Shown piece by piece: positions 1 to 9,389 of a stretch of 53,203 nucleotides of DNA. The stretch covers positions 1 through 53,203 of the IMG/VR virus record IMGVR_UViG_3300038360_000257. One strand, given 5' to 3'. Origin of the DNA: a virus (lineage: Duplodnaviria > Caudoviricetes). Under the pieces are notes generated by a model that saw nothing but the letters and a program-made list of their open reading frames with translations, was not told the DNA's origin and made no database searches. The translations under genes were made by a program, and so were the position numbers. Within the stretch, counting starts at the first letter, position 1; each line of letters starts with the position of its first letter.

Positions 1-332
1 TTGCAATGTGTCCCCGTTAATAATATCTCAACCCGAACAAACGGGTGGGTCAGGCGGCAGAGGGTTTCTGATGCCCAACAGATGTATTTAAGTGCTTTGC
101 GTTTCATACTACCTCTCCTCCGCATGTCCCACAGATAATAATACCAGGGCTTTTCGATTTGCATCCAATGCTGGTTGCTATCGTTGTGCCACAAGTCATC
201 TTTTTTGCTAAACGTATAACCAAAATCAATCAGCCGTTGTACTGCCGCTTTCTTGGTACTGAACGCCATTTCAGGCGTTGCCAAGCTTTCACCATACACC
301 CCTTCGACAACTACCCATATGTGTGTTTTCAT
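1..332 (-). CDS. hypothetical protein, 3'-truncated by the window edge (in-frame internal SD+ATG at 107 may start a second gene)
   Basis: GAGGAGGAG SD, ATG at 332, MKTHIWVVVEGVYGESLATPE..., frame open to position 1; not in ORF track. Confidence 0.6.
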   Translation of the reverse strand, partial: MKTHIWVVVEGVYGESLATPEMAFSTKKAAVQRLIDFGYTFSKKDDLWHNDSNQHWMQIEKPWYYYLWDMRRRGSMKRKALKYICWASETLCRLTHPFVRVEILLTGTHC

Positions 333-430
333 TTCTCCTCCTCAGTAAATGATATTTCAATATTCCACTCGGTCCCGCATGCGACGCAAGCCTTTTCACC
401 GAGTTCATCAAATGGATAACTCTTTTTCAT
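329..430 (-). CDS. small hypothetical protein (33 aa, CxxC)
   Basis: MKKSYPFDELGEKACVACGTEWNIEISFTEEEK; ATGA overlaps with both neighbours. Confidence 0.55.
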   Translation of the reverse strand: MKKSYPFDELGEKACVACGTEWNIEISFTEEEK

Positions 431-612
431 TTCTCACCCCACAATTTTAGAATCTTTCCTTTGAATTCCAGCCAGGACAAGTACCAATAAAGCCGCCGTC
501 CGATCGTTTTCTTAAGCGTAGCCTTCTGCATGTCTGGACCCCAATCGTCCCAGGATCGCCTCAACGGGTCGATGATGGGGTCCGCCTGATCTGTCGGCCA
601 GAAAGGACTCAT
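427..612 (-). CDS. hypothetical protein
   Basis: 61-aa ORF with ATGA overlaps on both sides. Confidence 0.6.
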   Translation of the reverse strand: MSPFWPTDQADPIIDPLRRSWDDWGPDMQKATLKKTIGRRLYWYLSWLEFKGKILKLWGEK

Positions 613-803
613 CTGAGACCTTGTTCTCTGGCCATTCGGTTAATTGCGTCATGGAAATATTCTGACTGAAAGTCCCACCTGAAATCATTGCCGTCTTTGC
701 CTGGTCGGAGTTCATTCTTTTTCCCCAACCTCTTGACTTTGGCGATAGCTTCTCTTTCTGCAAACGATATTAAGGCGTTTATGTCCTTTTGATATCTTGT
801 CAT
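609..803 (-). CDS. hypothetical protein
   Basis: start re-called to ATG 803 (MTRYQKDINALISFAERE), which overlaps the upstream stop. Confidence 0.65.
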   Translation of the reverse strand: MTRYQKDINALISFAEREAIAKVKRLGKKNELRPGKDGNDFRWDFQSEYFHDAINRMAREQGLR

Positions 804-964
804 TTTAGCCCCCACTTCCGGTCGCTGGTGTTCATCTTGCTGATGTTCGATATCAACCACGGTGGTACGCTTTCAGTACGCCTGTACCGTGTCTCCCGTA
901 TAGCCATGACGATACAGAAAATAATCGCCGGTGGCCCCAACCATAATATTAACGCTAATAACAT
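800..964 (-). CDS. small membrane protein
   Basis: AAGGAG SD, MLLALILWLGPPAIIFCIVMAI hydrophobic N-terminus followed by a basic tail. Confidence 0.65.
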   Translation of the reverse strand: MLLALILWLGPPAIIFCIVMAIRETRYRRTESVPPWLISNISKMNTSDRKWGLK

Positions 965-1157
965 ATCATTCTCCTTTAAATGTGGTATTATGCCCCGTTT
1001 TGTCTCCGCAGCCGGGGCCACACTGCGATCCTACTCACCAAAGCATATACGAACCTCCTTTTAGATTTTGACGTTTTAGCTTCTATCCGCATCGTCGCCG
1101 TCTGACCGACCTGCCTCATAAATGGGCGTTGGGGTGCTGCGGCGACGATTTACAAAA

Positions 1158-1187
1158 ACTATAGGGCCAATTTATGTGAATGTCAAG
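1158..1187 (-). promoter_or_regulatory. sigma70-type leftward promoter
   Basis: minus strand TTGACA-17 nt-TATAGT. Confidence 0.75.
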
Positions 1188-1212
1188 CACTATTTTAATT
1201 TTATTTTTGTAC

Positions 1213-1242
1213 TTGACATTCACGTTTTGTTAAGCATATTAT
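1213..1242 (+). promoter_or_regulatory. sigma70-type rightward promoter
   Basis: TTGACA-18 nt-TATTAT; shares CTTGACATTCAC with the leftward promoter as a 12-bp inverted repeat. Confidence 0.7.
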
Positions 1243-1249
1243 ACAAACC

Positions 1250-1462
1250 ATGGAAACTCAAACCACAAATATTCACGGATTGATAAAGACAATCCGTTCG
1301 GAAATGGGATTGACTCAAAAGGAGTTTGCGGACACAATTGAGTCAAATCGCAGCAATATTGCGAAATACGAAACAGGCATTATGCCCCCTGCTCATGTGT
1401 TTTTAAAGATCCTGCGCGTGGGTGGGAAAATTAAAAAAGGATCGATACCGTTAACCCTTTAA
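1250..1462 (+). CDS. XRE/Cro-like helix-turn-helix transcription regulator
   Basis: IKTIRSEMGLTQKEFADTIESNRSNIAKYETG is an HTH_3-type pattern. Confidence 0.9.
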   Translation: METQTTNIHGLIKTIRSEMGLTQKEFADTIESNRSNIAKYETGIMPPAHVFLKILRVGGKIKKGSIPLTL

Positions 1463-1478
1463 TAAGGAGTGTGCTATC

Positions 1479-1817
1479 ATGCTAGAAGACCGAATTCAGG
1501 AACTGAACGAAAGTATCCAGCAGTTAATCGAGAAGCTGGATGCCCAAACAACCACAAAACAAAAAGCCAAACCCAAAAACAAAGAAACCAAGAAACCAAA
1601 AGAGACAGCACCCGCCAAGGAAAAACCTGTCGAAGACAGCCCCGGACCTAACCTCACTGCCGACTACATCGGAATGTTGTGCCAGAAGAAGAATAAAGCT
1701 GCTGAGGGTAACAATCCCCTGATCAAGGCCATCATCAAGAAGCACGGTGGGCGCCTGATCAATGACCTCAAACCCGAAGTCTACGAGGCCGTTGTGGCTG
1801 ATTTGGAGGCTCTCTAA
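1479..1817 (+). CDS. conserved phage protein typically found upstream of DUF2800
   Basis: AAGGAG SD; N-terminal coiled coil, Lys/Pro linker, C-terminal IKAIIKKHGG..INDLKPEVYEAVVADLE; gene order. Confidence 0.8.
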   Translation: MLEDRIQELNESIQQLIEKLDAQTTTKQKAKPKNKETKKPKETAPAKEKPVEDSPGPNLTADYIGMLCQKKNKAAEGNNPLIKAIIKKHGGRLINDLKPEVYEAVVADLEAL

Positions 1818-3016
1818 TGGGCGAGCATTCTGTATTTGGCCCAAGTGGTGCTCACCGATGGCTGAACTGCCCTGGCAGCATCAAGGCGGAAGAGGGTATT
1901 CCCGATACGGGTAGCCCTTACGCCGCAGAGGGCACCTATGCTCATGCAGTGGCAGAACTCTGTTTAGTGACGTCACTTAAACATGTGAAATCAATAATTG
2001 GTCAACATGTTGTTATTAATGATGTGAAGCAAGAGCAAGCTGTAACAAGCGAAATGGCAGACCACGTCCGGACCTACGTCGATTACGTCCGGGCCATTGG
2101 CGGGCAGATGGAGATCGAGCAAAAAGTCTCCTACGAGAAATGGGTTCCTGGCGGTTTTGGAACGGCTGACGTCATTATAACCAGGGGCCGGACCCTGTAC
2201 GTTATTGATCTGAAATACGGTCAAGGCGTCAAGGTGTACGCGGAGCACAGCCCCCAGGGAATGCTGTACACCCTTGGAGCACTGGACGAACGCTCGGATT
2301 TTCAGGAATTCGATAAAATTGTTATCATCATACACCAACCCAGGCTCAACCATGTATCGACATGGGAGACCACACCAGACCATATGTATAAATGGGCTGC
2401 TCGGGTCAAGGTGCGAGCGGAGATGTGCCTTGAGCAAAACGCCGAACGTATTCCCGGTGAGAAGCAGTGTCAGTGGTGCAAGGCCAAGCCCACATGCCCC
2501 GCTCTTTTGGCCCAGGCCGAGACGGCTCTCATGACCCGGTTCGATGAGATGCAAAACGACACGGTGCTCCCTACGCCTGGTAATTTAACAGATCAAGCAT
2601 TGAATTCCGTGTTAGAGCACAAGAAGATGATTGAAAAATGGTTGAAGTCGGTTGAAACCCATGTGAAAGAGAGGCTTGAAAAGGGCCAGAACTTCCCTGG
2701 ATGGAAGATGGTCAACGGCAGATCGACCCGCAAGTGGACCGATGCACTGAAGGCCGAACGGCTGCTCAAGCGGTTGCTCGGCGCGGGCGACGCCTACAAG
2801 AAAACCCTATTGACCCCACCAGCAGCGGAGAAGGCGCTGGGAAAGGAGCTGAAACACAGAATAGAGAAGCTGGTTTTCAAAGCGGATGGAGCCCCGGCGC
2901 TTGTGCCGGATGATGACAAACGGCCAGCGTTAAAAATGACAACGGTTAAAGATTTTGACGCATTTGGCAAAGAAACCACAAACAAAAAACAACAGGAGAA
3001 AAAAGATGAGAATTAA
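1817..3016 (+). CDS. DUF2800 family PD-(D/E)XK Cas4-like exonuclease
   Basis: HSVFGPSGAHRWLNCPGS, GTADVII, IDLKYGQG, CQWCKAKPTC. Confidence 0.9.
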   Translation: MGEHSVFGPSGAHRWLNCPGSIKAEEGIPDTGSPYAAEGTYAHAVAELCLVTSLKHVKSIIGQHVVINDVKQEQAVTSEMADHVRTYVDYVRAIGGQMEIEQKVSYEKWVPGGFGTADVIITRGRTLYVIDLKYGQGVKVYAEHSPQGMLYTLGALDERSDFQEFDKIVIIIHQPRLNHVSTWETTPDHMYKWAARVKVRAEMCLEQNAERIPGEKQCQWCKAKPTCPALLAQAETALMTRFDEMQNDTVLPTPGNLTDQALNSVLEHKKMIEKWLKSVETHVKERLEKGQNFPGWKMVNGRSTRKWTDALKAERLLKRLLGAGDAYKKTLLTPPAAEKALGKELKHRIEKLVFKADGAPALVPDDDKRPALKMTTVKDFDAFGKETTNKKQQEKKDEN

Positions 3017-3521
3017 TATCCCGAACGCAAGACTGAGTTTTCCCAACCTGTTCAAAACCTCTGTTTTCGGTGGAGTCGATACCGAGAAGTTCGACGCGAC
3101 CTTCATCCTGGATAAGGACGAACACGCCGATACCATCGAGGAGATTCAAAACGCCATCAAAGCCCTGGCAAAAGACAAGCTCAAGGGTAAAGTCCCCGAC
3201 GACGACCGAGTCTGCTTGAAAGACGGAGATGAGACCGAACGGAAAGAGCAGCAAGGGTGCTACGTCATTAAGGCCAGCAGCAAGAAGCGCCCGTTCGTAC
3301 TGGATAGAGACCAAACGCCGCTTGTGGCTGAGGACGACAAGCCGTACGCAGGCTCTTATGTTAACGGAATTATTACACTGTGGGTCCAGAACAACGCCTA
3401 TGGTAAACGGATAAATGCCTCGCTGGACGGTGTGCAGTTCAGCGCACACGGTGAGCCTTTTGGTCCACCGGCCCTTGGAGCGGACGCCTTTGACGTGTTT
3501 GCGACTGAAGAAGAATTCTAG
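3006..3521 (+). CDS. DUF2815 family single-stranded DNA-binding protein
   Basis: start at ATG 3006 after AGGAG; RLSFPNLF, CLKDGD, YAGSYVN, LDGVQF..HGEPFG, acidic aromatic C-terminus. Confidence 0.88.
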   Translation: MRINIPNARLSFPNLFKTSVFGGVDTEKFDATFILDKDEHADTIEEIQNAIKALAKDKLKGKVPDDDRVCLKDGDETERKEQQGCYVIKASSKKRPFVLDRDQTPLVAEDDKPYAGSYVNGIITLWVQNNAYGKRINASLDGVQFSAHGEPFGPPALGADAFDVFATEEEF

Positions 3522-3531
3522 CCTACCCCCG

Positions 3532-3567
3532 GCCCCCAGGCATCCATTGCTGGGGGCTTTCCTTTTC
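3532..3567 (+). terminator. intrinsic terminator or attenuator after ssb
   Basis: GCCCCCAG/CTGGGGGC stem followed by TTTCCTTTT. Confidence 0.6.
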
Positions 3568-3578
3568 TGGAGAATACC

Positions 3579-5363
3579 ATGATCGTGCTCGACATCGAAG
3601 TTTACAAAGACTATTTTCTCCTGGCGATGAAACAAATGGGTGGGACAAGAGTTGAGTTTTTTGAACTGTACGAAGGCCATGTTCCACGATACCAGGACAT
3701 ACTCAAAATAATGCTCAACCATACCACGGTCAGCTTCAATGGCATATCCTACGATCTTCCGTTGATCAAGGCCATGACCGAGGGCATGGACAACGAGACC
3801 CTCAAATCAATATCAGATGAAATCATCACATCAGACCTTCCATCCTGGACCGTCTGCAAGACCAACAACATAATCGTTCCCAAGGAGTGGGACCACATCG
3901 ATATAATAGCGGTCGCTCCGGGGATCGCATCTTTAAAGGTGTACGGCGGGAGGATCAGGGCGCCTAAAATGCAGGACCTGCCCATTGAACCCAGTGCCAG
4001 CATAGCCCCTTCCCAACACGAGCTGATGCGCCAATACTGCGTAAACGATCTCGAAACAACGGAACTCTTATATGACACGCTCACACCACAGATCGAGCTG
4101 CGTGAGTCCATGTCCGACCAATACGCCATTGATCTAAGGTCGAAATCAGACCCGCAGATTGCAGAGGCGGTTATTAAAAAGGAACTCACTGCCAAAACAG
4201 GGCGCCAGTATTACAAACCGGTGTTTGATGAGAATCTGACCATCCGCTACGACAACCCCGGCATCGTAAAATTCAACAGTCCTGCCCTTAACGAAATATT
4301 CCAGGCCGTGCTCGCCCATGAGTTCAAGGTCAAGACGAACGGGCAGTTGGTAGTCCCGGCCGTACTCAACAAGGCCAAGGTGCTTATCGACGGTAGGCAG
4401 TACAAAATGGGCGTGGGTGGATTGCACTCCATGGAAAAGAACCAGTTCGTATGGAGCCAGAGCATTCTTGGCGGTGTGCTCTGTGAGTGGGATGTCGCGT
4501 CATATTACCCGTCGATCATTATGCAGCAGGAATTGAGTCCGGATAATCTCGGAGAGGAATTCTTGAAGGTCTACCAGGACATGCTGACCCGGCGCCTGGA
4601 AGCGAAGGGTTCGGGCGACAAGGTTACGGCCGGCACACTTAAAATTTGCCTTAACGGTTCGTTTGGCAAGCTCGGCTCCCGCTACTCCGCCCTCTACGCC
4701 CCGCAGCTTTTGTTGCAGACCACGTTAACCGGGCAGTTCTGCCTTCTCATGCTCATTGAACGCATGGTGGATGCCGGGGTCAGGGTTGTCTCGGCCAACA
4801 CGGATGGCATAGTGTGCGCTACCAGTAAGCGGGAGGCCCATGTGATGGCCATGGTGGCTGAGAACTGGATGAGGTACACCACCTTTGATCTGGAGCGCAC
4901 TGACTATGAGCTGATCGCTGCTCGGGATGTCAATTCGTATTTTGCGGTCAAAGCGGACGGTAAGGTGAAAAGGAAAGGGATTTTTAACGTGGACAATCTG
5001 ATGAAGAACCCGAATCGAAATATCGTCTACACGGCCGTAATTGACTACATAAACGAGGGTGTGGGGATAGCGGATACTATCGAGGGGTGTAAGGACATTC
5101 ATCAATTTGTCACGGTCAGGAAGGTCACTGGAGGAGCATTGTGGGGCGGGATAGACCTCGGGAAGTCCATCCGGTACTACTCCTCTGTGAGTGCTGCTGA
5201 TGTCGATCCTTATATAAGGTATAAGCTGAACGGAAACAAGGTGCCCAAGTCCGACGGGTGCAGACCACTGATGGAAATGGGTGGTTTGCCGTCTGATGTG
5301 GATTACTGGGCGTATGTTCGAGACGCTGAAAAACTCTTGGGAGAGGTGGGGTATTATGCTTGA
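3579..5363 (+). CDS. family B DNA polymerase with 3'-5' exonuclease domain
   Basis: Exo LDIE, motif A DVASYYPS, motif B KICLNGSFGK, motif C variant NTDG. Confidence 0.9.
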   Translation: MIVLDIEVYKDYFLLAMKQMGGTRVEFFELYEGHVPRYQDILKIMLNHTTVSFNGISYDLPLIKAMTEGMDNETLKSISDEIITSDLPSWTVCKTNNIIVPKEWDHIDIIAVAPGIASLKVYGGRIRAPKMQDLPIEPSASIAPSQHELMRQYCVNDLETTELLYDTLTPQIELRESMSDQYAIDLRSKSDPQIAEAVIKKELTAKTGRQYYKPVFDENLTIRYDNPGIVKFNSPALNEIFQAVLAHEFKVKTNGQLVVPAVLNKAKVLIDGRQYKMGVGGLHSMEKNQFVWSQSILGGVLCEWDVASYYPSIIMQQELSPDNLGEEFLKVYQDMLTRRLEAKGSGDKVTAGTLKICLNGSFGKLGSRYSALYAPQLLLQTTLTGQFCLLMLIERMVDAGVRVVSANTDGIVCATSKREAHVMAMVAENWMRYTTFDLERTDYELIAARDVNSYFAVKADGKVKRKGIFNVDNLMKNPNRNIVYTAVIDYINEGVGIADTIEGCKDIHQFVTVRKVTGGALWGGIDLGKSIRYYSSVSAADVDPYIRYKLNGNKVPKSDGCRPLMEMGGLPSDVDYWAYVRDAEKLLGEVGYYA

Positions 5364-5625
5364 AAAAGAAATCGAAAAGGCACTGGTCAAGAAGGTAAAG
5401 GCGCTTGGTGGGATTTGTGAAAAATTCACTTCACCTCAAAAGAGGTCAGTGCCGGATAGAATTTGCCTGCTCCCAGGCGGACGTGTGATCTGGGTTGAAC
5501 TCAAGGCGCCGGGCAAACGGCCGACCAACAACCAGCGTCGGGATCACCTGAAGCGTCGTATGTTGGGTGCGGATGTGCGGGTCATTGACTCATTTGAAAT
5601 GATAGACGGATTTCCTAATGAATAG
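5356..5625 (+). CDS. VRR-NUC domain nuclease
   Basis: start at ATG 5356; MLEKEIEK, PDRICLLPGG, VELKAPGKRP. Confidence 0.9.
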   Translation: MLEKEIEKALVKKVKALGGICEKFTSPQKRSVPDRICLLPGGRVIWVELKAPGKRPTNNQRRDHLKRRMLGADVRVIDSFEMIDGFPNE

Positions 5626-6961
5626 ATCAGACCTCCACCCATACCAGAACCGGGCCGTCGAGTTCATCCGCGCCAAAAAGAAATGCGGTCTGTTCCTCGA
5701 CATGGGGCTCGGGAAAACAGTGTCGGCGCTCACAGCCGTATCGGACCTGATCCAGTCCTGCATGATCGAACGGGTGCTCGTAATAGCCCCCTTACGCGTC
5801 TGTAACAGCGTGTGGAGCCAGGAAGCCCGGAAATGGGACCATCTGTCACACCTGAAAGTCAACGTAGCCACAGGCCCTGCCTGGAGACGCCGGGAGGCGT
5901 TGGACACTCTGGCGGACGTCTGGGTCATCAACCGTGAGAACGTCGTGTGGCTGATCAAGGAGTATCTCAAGGGTGCCTGGCGCTATGATGCGGTGATCAT
6001 CGATGAAAGTTCGGCGTTCAAGTCGCCGTCGGCCAAGCGGTTTAAGATCCTACGCAAGGCCACGCCGTTGTGCCAGGTCGTTGTGCTGCTCACGGGTACA
6101 CCCTCGCCTAACGGGATCATGGACCTGTGGAGTCAAATGTACCTTATAGATAGTGGGGAAAGTCTCGGTAGGACCATAACTTCGTACCGGGAGCGGTTCT
6201 TTGCGCAGGATTACATGGGCTACAACTGGCTCCCAATTGACGGTTCGCATGGGGCTGTTCAGAAGCTCATTGCGCCCAAGGTGCTATCGATGCAGGCTGA
6301 GGACTACATTGACGTGCCTGATCGGATTGACCTTATCGAGAGGGTTGAAATGCCGGCGGATGTAAAATCGGATTACGACGATTTCGAGCAGGATCTGTTT
6401 TTACAATTCGATGGGGTGGAGATTGAAGCGTTGTCGGCCGGGGTCCTGGCGGGGAAATTGTTACAATTCGCCAACGGTGCCATCTATGTTGACGAGGATC
6501 ACAACTGGAAAGAATTACATACAGCGAAGCTGGACGCGCTGGCGGACATCATCTCGGAGAACGCCGGGGAAAACGTACTCTGTGCTTACAATTTCAAACA
6601 CGATCTTGCCCGGCTGCGGAAGCGGTTTCCTGATGGGGTTGTGCTGGGCACCGATCCCCGGACCATTGAGTCTTGGAACCGTGGGGAAATTAAGCTGATG
6701 CTGGCCCATCCTGGGTCGTGCGGTCATGGAATTAATTTACAAGGGGGCGGATCGATGATCGTCTTCTTCTCGCTCAACTGGAACCTTGAGTTCGATCAGC
6801 AAATCATCGCACGTTTACACAGGCAGGGGCAGACCCGGCCCGTCCGTGTGGTGCGTATCCTGAGCGCGGGGACCATAGACGAACGGGTGTTACGGGTGCT
6901 TGGAGCAAAGGGAGCTGTGCAGAGGGATCTTTTGAAAGCGTTGAGACACACTAAAGGGTAG
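5618..6961 (+). CDS. SNF2-family helicase
   Basis: LHPYQ, DMGLGKT, IIDESS, LTGTP, GINLQ, RLHRQGQ. Confidence 0.92.
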   Translation: MNRSDLHPYQNRAVEFIRAKKKCGLFLDMGLGKTVSALTAVSDLIQSCMIERVLVIAPLRVCNSVWSQEARKWDHLSHLKVNVATGPAWRRREALDTLADVWVINRENVVWLIKEYLKGAWRYDAVIIDESSAFKSPSAKRFKILRKATPLCQVVVLLTGTPSPNGIMDLWSQMYLIDSGESLGRTITSYRERFFAQDYMGYNWLPIDGSHGAVQKLIAPKVLSMQAEDYIDVPDRIDLIERVEMPADVKSDYDDFEQDLFLQFDGVEIEALSAGVLAGKLLQFANGAIYVDEDHNWKELHTAKLDALADIISENAGENVLCAYNFKHDLARLRKRFPDGVVLGTDPRTIESWNRGEIKLMLAHPGSCGHGINLQGGGSMIVFFSLNWNLEFDQQIIARLHRQGQTRPVRVVRILSAGTIDERVLRVLGAKGAVQRDLLKALRHTKG

Positions 6962-6968
6962 GTGGCTT

Positions 6969-9389
6969 ATGGAGCTGATTATGAAAGACGAAGACGCAGG
7001 TACGGGAACAGGCAAGGGAACAGGCAAGGGAAAGGTGGCGGCGACACTCGCGCCATTGAAGTATTCAAAGGACATAAATATCGCGACCGCTTCCTCACGC
7101 AAGGCCGTCCGCTGGAAGAACCAGGCGGTCACCATCCAACAGTTTGTGTCTAAGCTCTCCCGCACCATCCGAACCAACGAGACCATGGAAGAGTACCGCG
7201 CCATGCCCAAGAGCGAACAGGACACGATCAAGGATGTGGGGGCCTTCGTCGGGGGCACTTTGAAAGGTGGCCGACGCCGCAAGAAGGATGTTTCCAACCG
7301 TTCCTTTATAACTTTAGACCTGGATTATGCTACGAAGGAGACCCTTGGGGCGATCAAATCGGCTCTGGCGGGAGTCTGCTGGACCCTGTACTCGACCCAC
7401 AAGCACACTGTTAAGCACCCACGCTACCGCCTGCTCGTGTATGGTGACCGGGCCATGGCGGTCGGCGAGTACAAGGCGATATCGCGTAAGGTTGCTGCTT
7501 CTGTGGGCATAGAGTGGTTTGACGAGACGTCGCACGATGTTAATCGTCTGTTCTACTGGCCTTCCACGTCGTCGGATGGGGACTATGTGTTTGAGCACAA
7601 CGACGCTGAATATTTGGGGCTGAATGGGGTGCTGGCGGAGTATGGACCTGATGGGGCGTGGGCGGACGCGCTTTTGTGGCCGCAGTCGTCGCGTGAGACC
7701 CGAGTGTTTGACAGGATGGTCAAACGACAGGCCGATCCGTTAGGAAAGAAAGGGGTCGTGGGGTCCTTCTGCCGTGTTGTCCCCTTAAAAGATGCGATTG
7801 GGGAATATTTAGGGGACGTTTACAAGGCGGAATCGGGGGACCGGTACACCTTTATAGAAGGGTCGTCGACTGGGGGTCTGGTCCTGTACGATGATCGTTT
7901 TGCCTTCTCGAACCACGCTACCGACCCCTGCTGCGGGATCTTGTGCAACGCCTTTGACCTTGTCCGGATACACCGGTTCGGGCACCTGGACGAGGAGGTG
8001 CGGGCGGGTGTGTCCACGTTGCGGCTCCCATCGTATACTGAAATGATCTCGTGGGCCAGGGAGGTTGAGGGCGTAAAGGTTGACATGGTTCAGACGGGCA
8101 TAGAGATTGACGCTACGGCCTTTGACGTCTTTGATGCGCCTGGTGTTGCGGGGTCGCCTTCGGCTGGGTGGGAGGAGCTTTTGCAGCTTACTGAGGGCGG
8201 GGCGATGCGGCCGACCGTCTTTAACGCCATGACCATTGTCCAAAACGATGCCCGGCTTTCTGGTCGAATGAGATTTAATGCCTTTTCTGAGATTCTTGAA
8301 AGAGAGGATGGGACGCAGTGGGGGGAGGAAGACTACTTGAAGCTTCGCAAATACGTCGGTGGGCGTTACGGGCCTGACTTTTCGGAAAAGAATATGGAAC
8401 ACGCGATTGAAAAGCGTGGGTACGAGAACGCCTACCATCCCGTGCGGGATTTCCTGTGGGGGTTGGAATGGGATGGTGTTGGACGGCTTGCGGGGGTGTT
8501 CGTTAACTACTTTGGTTGTGCGGACAACGTCTATGTGCGTGACGCGGCGCTGTGCTGGTTTGTGGCGGCGGTGCGTCGGGTCATGACGCCGGGCTTTAAA
8601 TTCGATTTCACACCGGTTGTTTCAGGGGACCAGGGCATTGGAAAGAGTTCGTTTTTGAGAGTTTTGGGCTATGAAAAGTGGTACGGGGAGCTTTCCTCAT
8701 TCGATCCAAAGATAGCCATGGAAGAGATATCAGGCAAATGGCTGGTAGAAATAAACGAGATGGGTGCCACCAATAAACAGGCTCTGGAGACTCAGAAATC
8801 CTTCCTGTCTGCTGGTTCCACCCGGACCCGTTTGGCGTATAGGCGTAACGCTAAAAACTATATGAGGCAGTGCGTCTTTCTGGCGACAACGAACCTGCCC
8901 GAGTACCTTAAAGACGCTACGGGGAACCGTAGGTGGTGGCCGTTGGAAGCTACTGTGGGGGAGGTTAAAATTGGTCGGTTGGAGAGGGAACGTGACCAGC
9001 TATGGGCAGAGGCGATGATGATATGGGCGCAGGGGTTCGATTGTTTCCTATCGAAGGAGGCCATAGAGATAGCCATGGCGAGCCAGGAGGGGGCGCGGGA
9101 GGAGGATGAGTGGGAAGGAATGATAGGGGCGTACATCGAACGGGAGGCTTATGTGGACCGATATATGAGTTTAATTGGATCGATTAGTGGGCCTCTCGAA
9201 CCTCGGGACCGTGTCTGTTTTGCGGAAATATGGGCCGATTGCCTGGAAAGAAAGGGGAAGGCTTGGCCTGCTGACAAGACCAGAGTGCGACAAATCATGA
9301 AGAAAATGGAGGAGTGGGAGGCCGTTTCGTTAATACGATTCGGGGTAAGATTCGGTAGGCAAAGAGGGTGGAAAATCAAAAAATGTTAA
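6969..9389 (+). CDS. primase-helicase (PrimPol-like N-terminus plus VirE/VapE ATPase)
   Basis: ITLDLD, YSTHKH..PRYR, Walker A GDQGIGKS, LKDATGNRRWWP. Confidence 0.9.
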   Translation: MELIMKDEDAGTGTGKGTGKGKVAATLAPLKYSKDINIATASSRKAVRWKNQAVTIQQFVSKLSRTIRTNETMEEYRAMPKSEQDTIKDVGAFVGGTLKGGRRRKKDVSNRSFITLDLDYATKETLGAIKSALAGVCWTLYSTHKHTVKHPRYRLLVYGDRAMAVGEYKAISRKVAASVGIEWFDETSHDVNRLFYWPSTSSDGDYVFEHNDAEYLGLNGVLAEYGPDGAWADALLWPQSSRETRVFDRMVKRQADPLGKKGVVGSFCRVVPLKDAIGEYLGDVYKAESGDRYTFIEGSSTGGLVLYDDRFAFSNHATDPCCGILCNAFDLVRIHRFGHLDEEVRAGVSTLRLPSYTEMISWAREVEGVKVDMVQTGIEIDATAFDVFDAPGVAGSPSAGWEELLQLTEGGAMRPTVFNAMTIVQNDARLSGRMRFNAFSEILEREDGTQWGEEDYLKLRKYVGGRYGPDFSEKNMEHAIEKRGYENAYHPVRDFLWGLEWDGVGRLAGVFVNYFGCADNVYVRDAALCWFVAAVRRVMTPGFKFDFTPVVSGDQGIGKSSFLRVLGYEKWYGELSSFDPKIAMEEISGKWLVEINEMGATNKQALETQKSFLSAGSTRTRLAYRRNAKNYMRQCVFLATTNLPEYLKDATGNRRWWPLEATVGEVKIGRLERERDQLWAEAMMIWAQGFDCFLSKEAIEIAMASQEGAREEDEWEGMIGAYIEREAYVDRYMSLIGSISGPLEPRDRVCFAEIWADCLERKGKAWPADKTRVRQIMKKMEEWEAVSLIRFGVRFGRQRGWKIKKC

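Noticed and set aside
980-1030. Guanidine-III riboswitch
   Set aside because: The 3' half resembles my recollection of that pseudoknot, but the ACGA-containing core is absent; would need an Rfam scan
6962-7153. Arg/Gly-rich ORF overlapping the primase start
   Set aside because: Shadow of the primase frame, produced partly by a 12-bp GGGAACAGGCAA duplication
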